The notes beneath the pieces are model-generated. The model had not been told where the DNA came from. It searched no databases and saw only the letters and a program-made list of their open reading frames with translations. Below are positions 61,101 to 64,000 of a stretch of 64,000 nucleotides of DNA, one piece after another (within the stretch, counting starts at the first letter, position 1; every line of letters begins with the position of its first letter). Both the position numbers and the translations under genes were made by a program. Source of the stretch: Adineta vaga (taxonomy: Eukaryota; Animalia; Rotifera); contig CP075493.1 of the NCBI GenBank assembly GCA_021613535.1, forward strand, positions 15,562,001 through 15,626,000, read 5' to 3'.

Positions 61101-61429
61101 ATATTTTCTAATGGTGCACATGCTTTATAAAGTGGTAATAAAGGTTCATATGCATAATCAATCAATGGAAGGAAATTTTCTTCTGTATCATTGATTGATT
61201 CTGAAATATTTTTGATACCAATAAAATCTTCGACGATTCGAGCGCTATTCGCAAGAGTGTTATTTGAAACTTTCATACTTATCGTTGGTAAGATTTCATC
61301 AGGTATTCTTCCTTGAAGGTTATTATTTTCATTGAAAATATTTGGATGATCAGTTATTTGTTTATTAGCATTTATAACTGATACTAATTCAATTCGATCA
61401 GATTTCCGTCTTGATGGTTGTTTGCTCAT
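58134..61429 (-). CDS. type II membrane protein: ADP-ribosyltransferase (R-S-E) - TM - ~14 FG-GAP repeats; paralog 2 (exons 61429-60511, 60459-60435, 60380-60262, 60205-58134)
   Basis: Same exon structure and phases as paralog 1; the junction reads ...KNKLS-EDVCDNPFQ; ART motifs TVWRGV, FSSCT, ENEVLL. Confidence 0.88.
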
Positions 61430-61912
61430 TAACGTTTGAAATTATAATATCTATTTGTGAAGATTTAACTTTAAAAAATCTCGAAATAATACAACGCAAA
61501 AAAAATCGATATTTTTCTCTCTAGTAGATTAATCGACGACGTGCGTACATGATATAAATAATGAATCATACGATTTTCTAGAAGGTTTTTATCGATAATG
61601 TTTGTTTTTCATCATATAAATACAAACTGTTTTTATTTTCTTCCTATGTTAATAACACGCGCACATTTAATGAGAGATATAAACGTCTACGTCAGTCATA
61701 TCTCTTTCCTATAACGAGTATTGATAATTTCTAAGGCTAAAGAGTAAAATGACTGATAGTTATGTGTAATTTCATAAACAAGTGCGACCTATTTATACGT
61801 AGAAAGAAAAATGCTCATATAGAATACTAGAAAAGTGATTACATTTGGATGATAAATATTTTCATCAAGGTTAATGAAAATAAAACGAAAAGAAAGAAAG
61901 AATCGTTTTCTT

Positions 61913-62650
61913 CTAAAAATCGTAATGATAATCATAATCGATGACTTTCTCAGGATCTTCTTCACCTCGAATCCATTCTTTAATAATTTTAATACGAACA
62001 TTTTCTTTATAATTATCCATTTGTTGATCGATATCTAAATTCATTTGTCGAATTAATCCTGTATGAATATCAATAATCCAAGTAACATTCCATCGTTTAT
62101 TTCCAATTAAACCATTTAAACAGAAACCATTTCGACCTTGAATTGTCGCTTGATTTTGAACATGATTAATATATGTTAATTCATAATTAATTTCAAAAGC
62201 ACCGCCAGCCATTACAACAGACCATTTTTGTCCTTCATAAAACTTTAAATCCGGTGTCATTAAACTCTCCGGTGTTGGAAAAAGCATCCATTTATAACCA
62301 TTTGGATTATCACGAGATCGAAAATCACCGAATAATGTTTGTTGAATTAAACGATCAAAATATGGTCGTTTTAATAAACGATTTGATTCTGTTTGATTCA
62401 TTGGATCTAATTGAACTTTAAGATTAGTTATATGAATCATTGTTTTGTTTATTTCAACAATGTTTTCAATACTATGAATTTCACGTTGATGAATAAGACG
62501 ATTTTCGTTTGCAAGATCATAACGAGTTTCAATCGTATGATAAATACTTCGATAATTCAATTGAGGACGAAATTTTAAATCGACTGGCATTTTTGATCCA
62601 TGTTGAAGAATTCCAAATAAAAAATAATATTGTAAAGGACCATCTAACAT
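61913..62650 (-). CDS. hypothetical protein (5' exon uncertain)
   Basis: 245-aa ORF with globular composition; no family recognised. Confidence 0.55.
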   Translation of the reverse strand: MLDGPLQYYFLFGILQHGSKMPVDLKFRPQLNYRSIYHTIETRYDLANENRLIHQREIHSIENIVEINKTMIHITNLKVQLDPMNQTESNRLLKRPYFDRLIQQTLFGDFRSRDNPNGYKWMLFPTPESLMTPDLKFYEGQKWSVVMAGGAFEINYELTYINHVQNQATIQGRNGFCLNGLIGNKRWNVTWIIDIHTGLIRQMNLDIDQQMDNYKENVRIKIIKEWIRGEEDPEKVIDYDYHYDF

Positions 62651-64000
62651 AATTTTAGTGAAAAATTCAATATTCTGTTCTGTATGTAATCGTACAAGAA
62701 TGGAAGAAAACGTTCGAACACATTAAACAATCACCATGGAATCATTTTTGTCACAGAAGAAAAGAATTCTTAAGAAACATGTGTTACATTGTTTCAAAAT
62801 GATTGAGAGAAGAGAAAGTATAATCTCTTTCATCTAATCATATTCGAATGTTTAAGTAAATCTCATAACTATTTGCGTGTCAAACTATATTAATCTTTTA
62901 TTTTCATTCATTATTGTCTTATCGAAGTTTATAAGAACGTGATATAATGTCAGTATTTCAAATAGTTACTTATCTCAAAGTTATAGAAACGTTTGTATTC
63001 AAACAAGTTCTTTTCTGTTTAATGTTCAAAGGTAATGTAGTATGTTTGAGTATTGATCATTGTCTAGAACATTCAAAGGATAAATTCTTTGTATTTTACC
63101 ACAGAATACATTCAAACTATAAACTATAAATATGAACGACTAAGCGTGGATTTGAGGAGCTTATTGTTAGTGCTTCTGAACCGGTCAAAATATTTGATTT
63201 ATAAGCGAAAATAATTCTTTGTGAGGAATTGAACGGAACCGAATCTATTGAGTAAGAACTGATTATAATCAAACCTTATGTTACTTATTCGTATGATACA
63301 AGCACTTAAGAATTCCCTATTTCAAAAATATATTATTCTTTGAAATAGTGGTAGCTGGAGATGATTTCAACTATGTGTCATTACCCTCAATACTTGAGTT
63401 AATGTTTTTTTTTAAATATTGTAACGTCAATAAATATTCACAAGAAATAATGAATACAAAACTATATTTAATGATAAGGGGAATATTGTCCGAAGTCATG
63501 ATTTTTTAAAGTATATGAATGTACAGAAAAGTGTCCGTGAATTTACCGAATGAGCGTTACTAGTTATCATAATTCATCAAAATAGATTTAACCAAAAACC
63601 TGAAATAGCTTGTAGAGAAGATGTTATGTTCATACTGAACTTGGCGAAACACATGAGTTTAGAAACACGATTATACTACGAGAAAGAATCCTCGAACGAG
63701 TGTTATTTGTTTAAATGATAATAAACTAATTTTTTTTAGTTTCAAAAGGATCAATGAGAGTAATCATGCGTATGTCATAAACTCAGTTATAAAAGTGCAT
63801 TTTTTATTCAAGTGAGCGAGTTCTTTTTTTCTCAAATGTTGAGATTTATAGAAATGATAAATCTTTTTCTTGTTAGATCGTCATAGAAACTTGAATAATA
63901 TAATAAAAGAAGAAATTGAATTTATTTTTCTGTAGTTGAGTATCTCGTTGTTATATACTTGTTTATTCAATTCTCAGTTTTCATGAAAGATTTTTTCAAT

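Overview
AT-rich eukaryotic DNA with many ~50-60 nt GT-AG introns. The gene content (R-S-E ADP-ribosyltransferases, FG-GAP, TPR, F-box, LDLa/EGF-7TM, several intron-poor foreign-looking enzymes) and TGTGGG/TGAGGG motifs strongly suggest a bdelloid rotifer; this is an inference, not a database result. Ordinary spliced genes: insulin-degrading enzyme, a Mn-type CDF transporter and a coiled-coil gene. Intron-poor genes: a giant SPRY-HECT E3, two GNATs, an SPFH protein, a GGCT-cytochrome b5 fusion, a secreted thiaminase I and an ART-TPR protein. About nine pseudogenes or fragments are also present, plus a Merlin/ISXO2-like transposase remnant. Three things stand out. (1) Two paralogous spliced genes, split by the ORF track, encode a type II membrane 'receptor-ART': cytosolic ADP-ribosyltransferase, one TM helix, then ~14 extracellular FG-GAP repeats. 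Their ART+TM block is nearly identical, introns included, while the ectodomains have diverged. (2) About 12 short inverted hairpins built from telomere-like hexamers around a ~20-nt spacer sit at gene 3' ends and at gene-truncation junctions. (3) Four tRNA-Leu genes (TAA and CAA) lack the class II long variable arm; three of them lie in a dispersed mosaic ~0.5-0.65 kb module. All calls are by-eye motif recognition; no searches were run.
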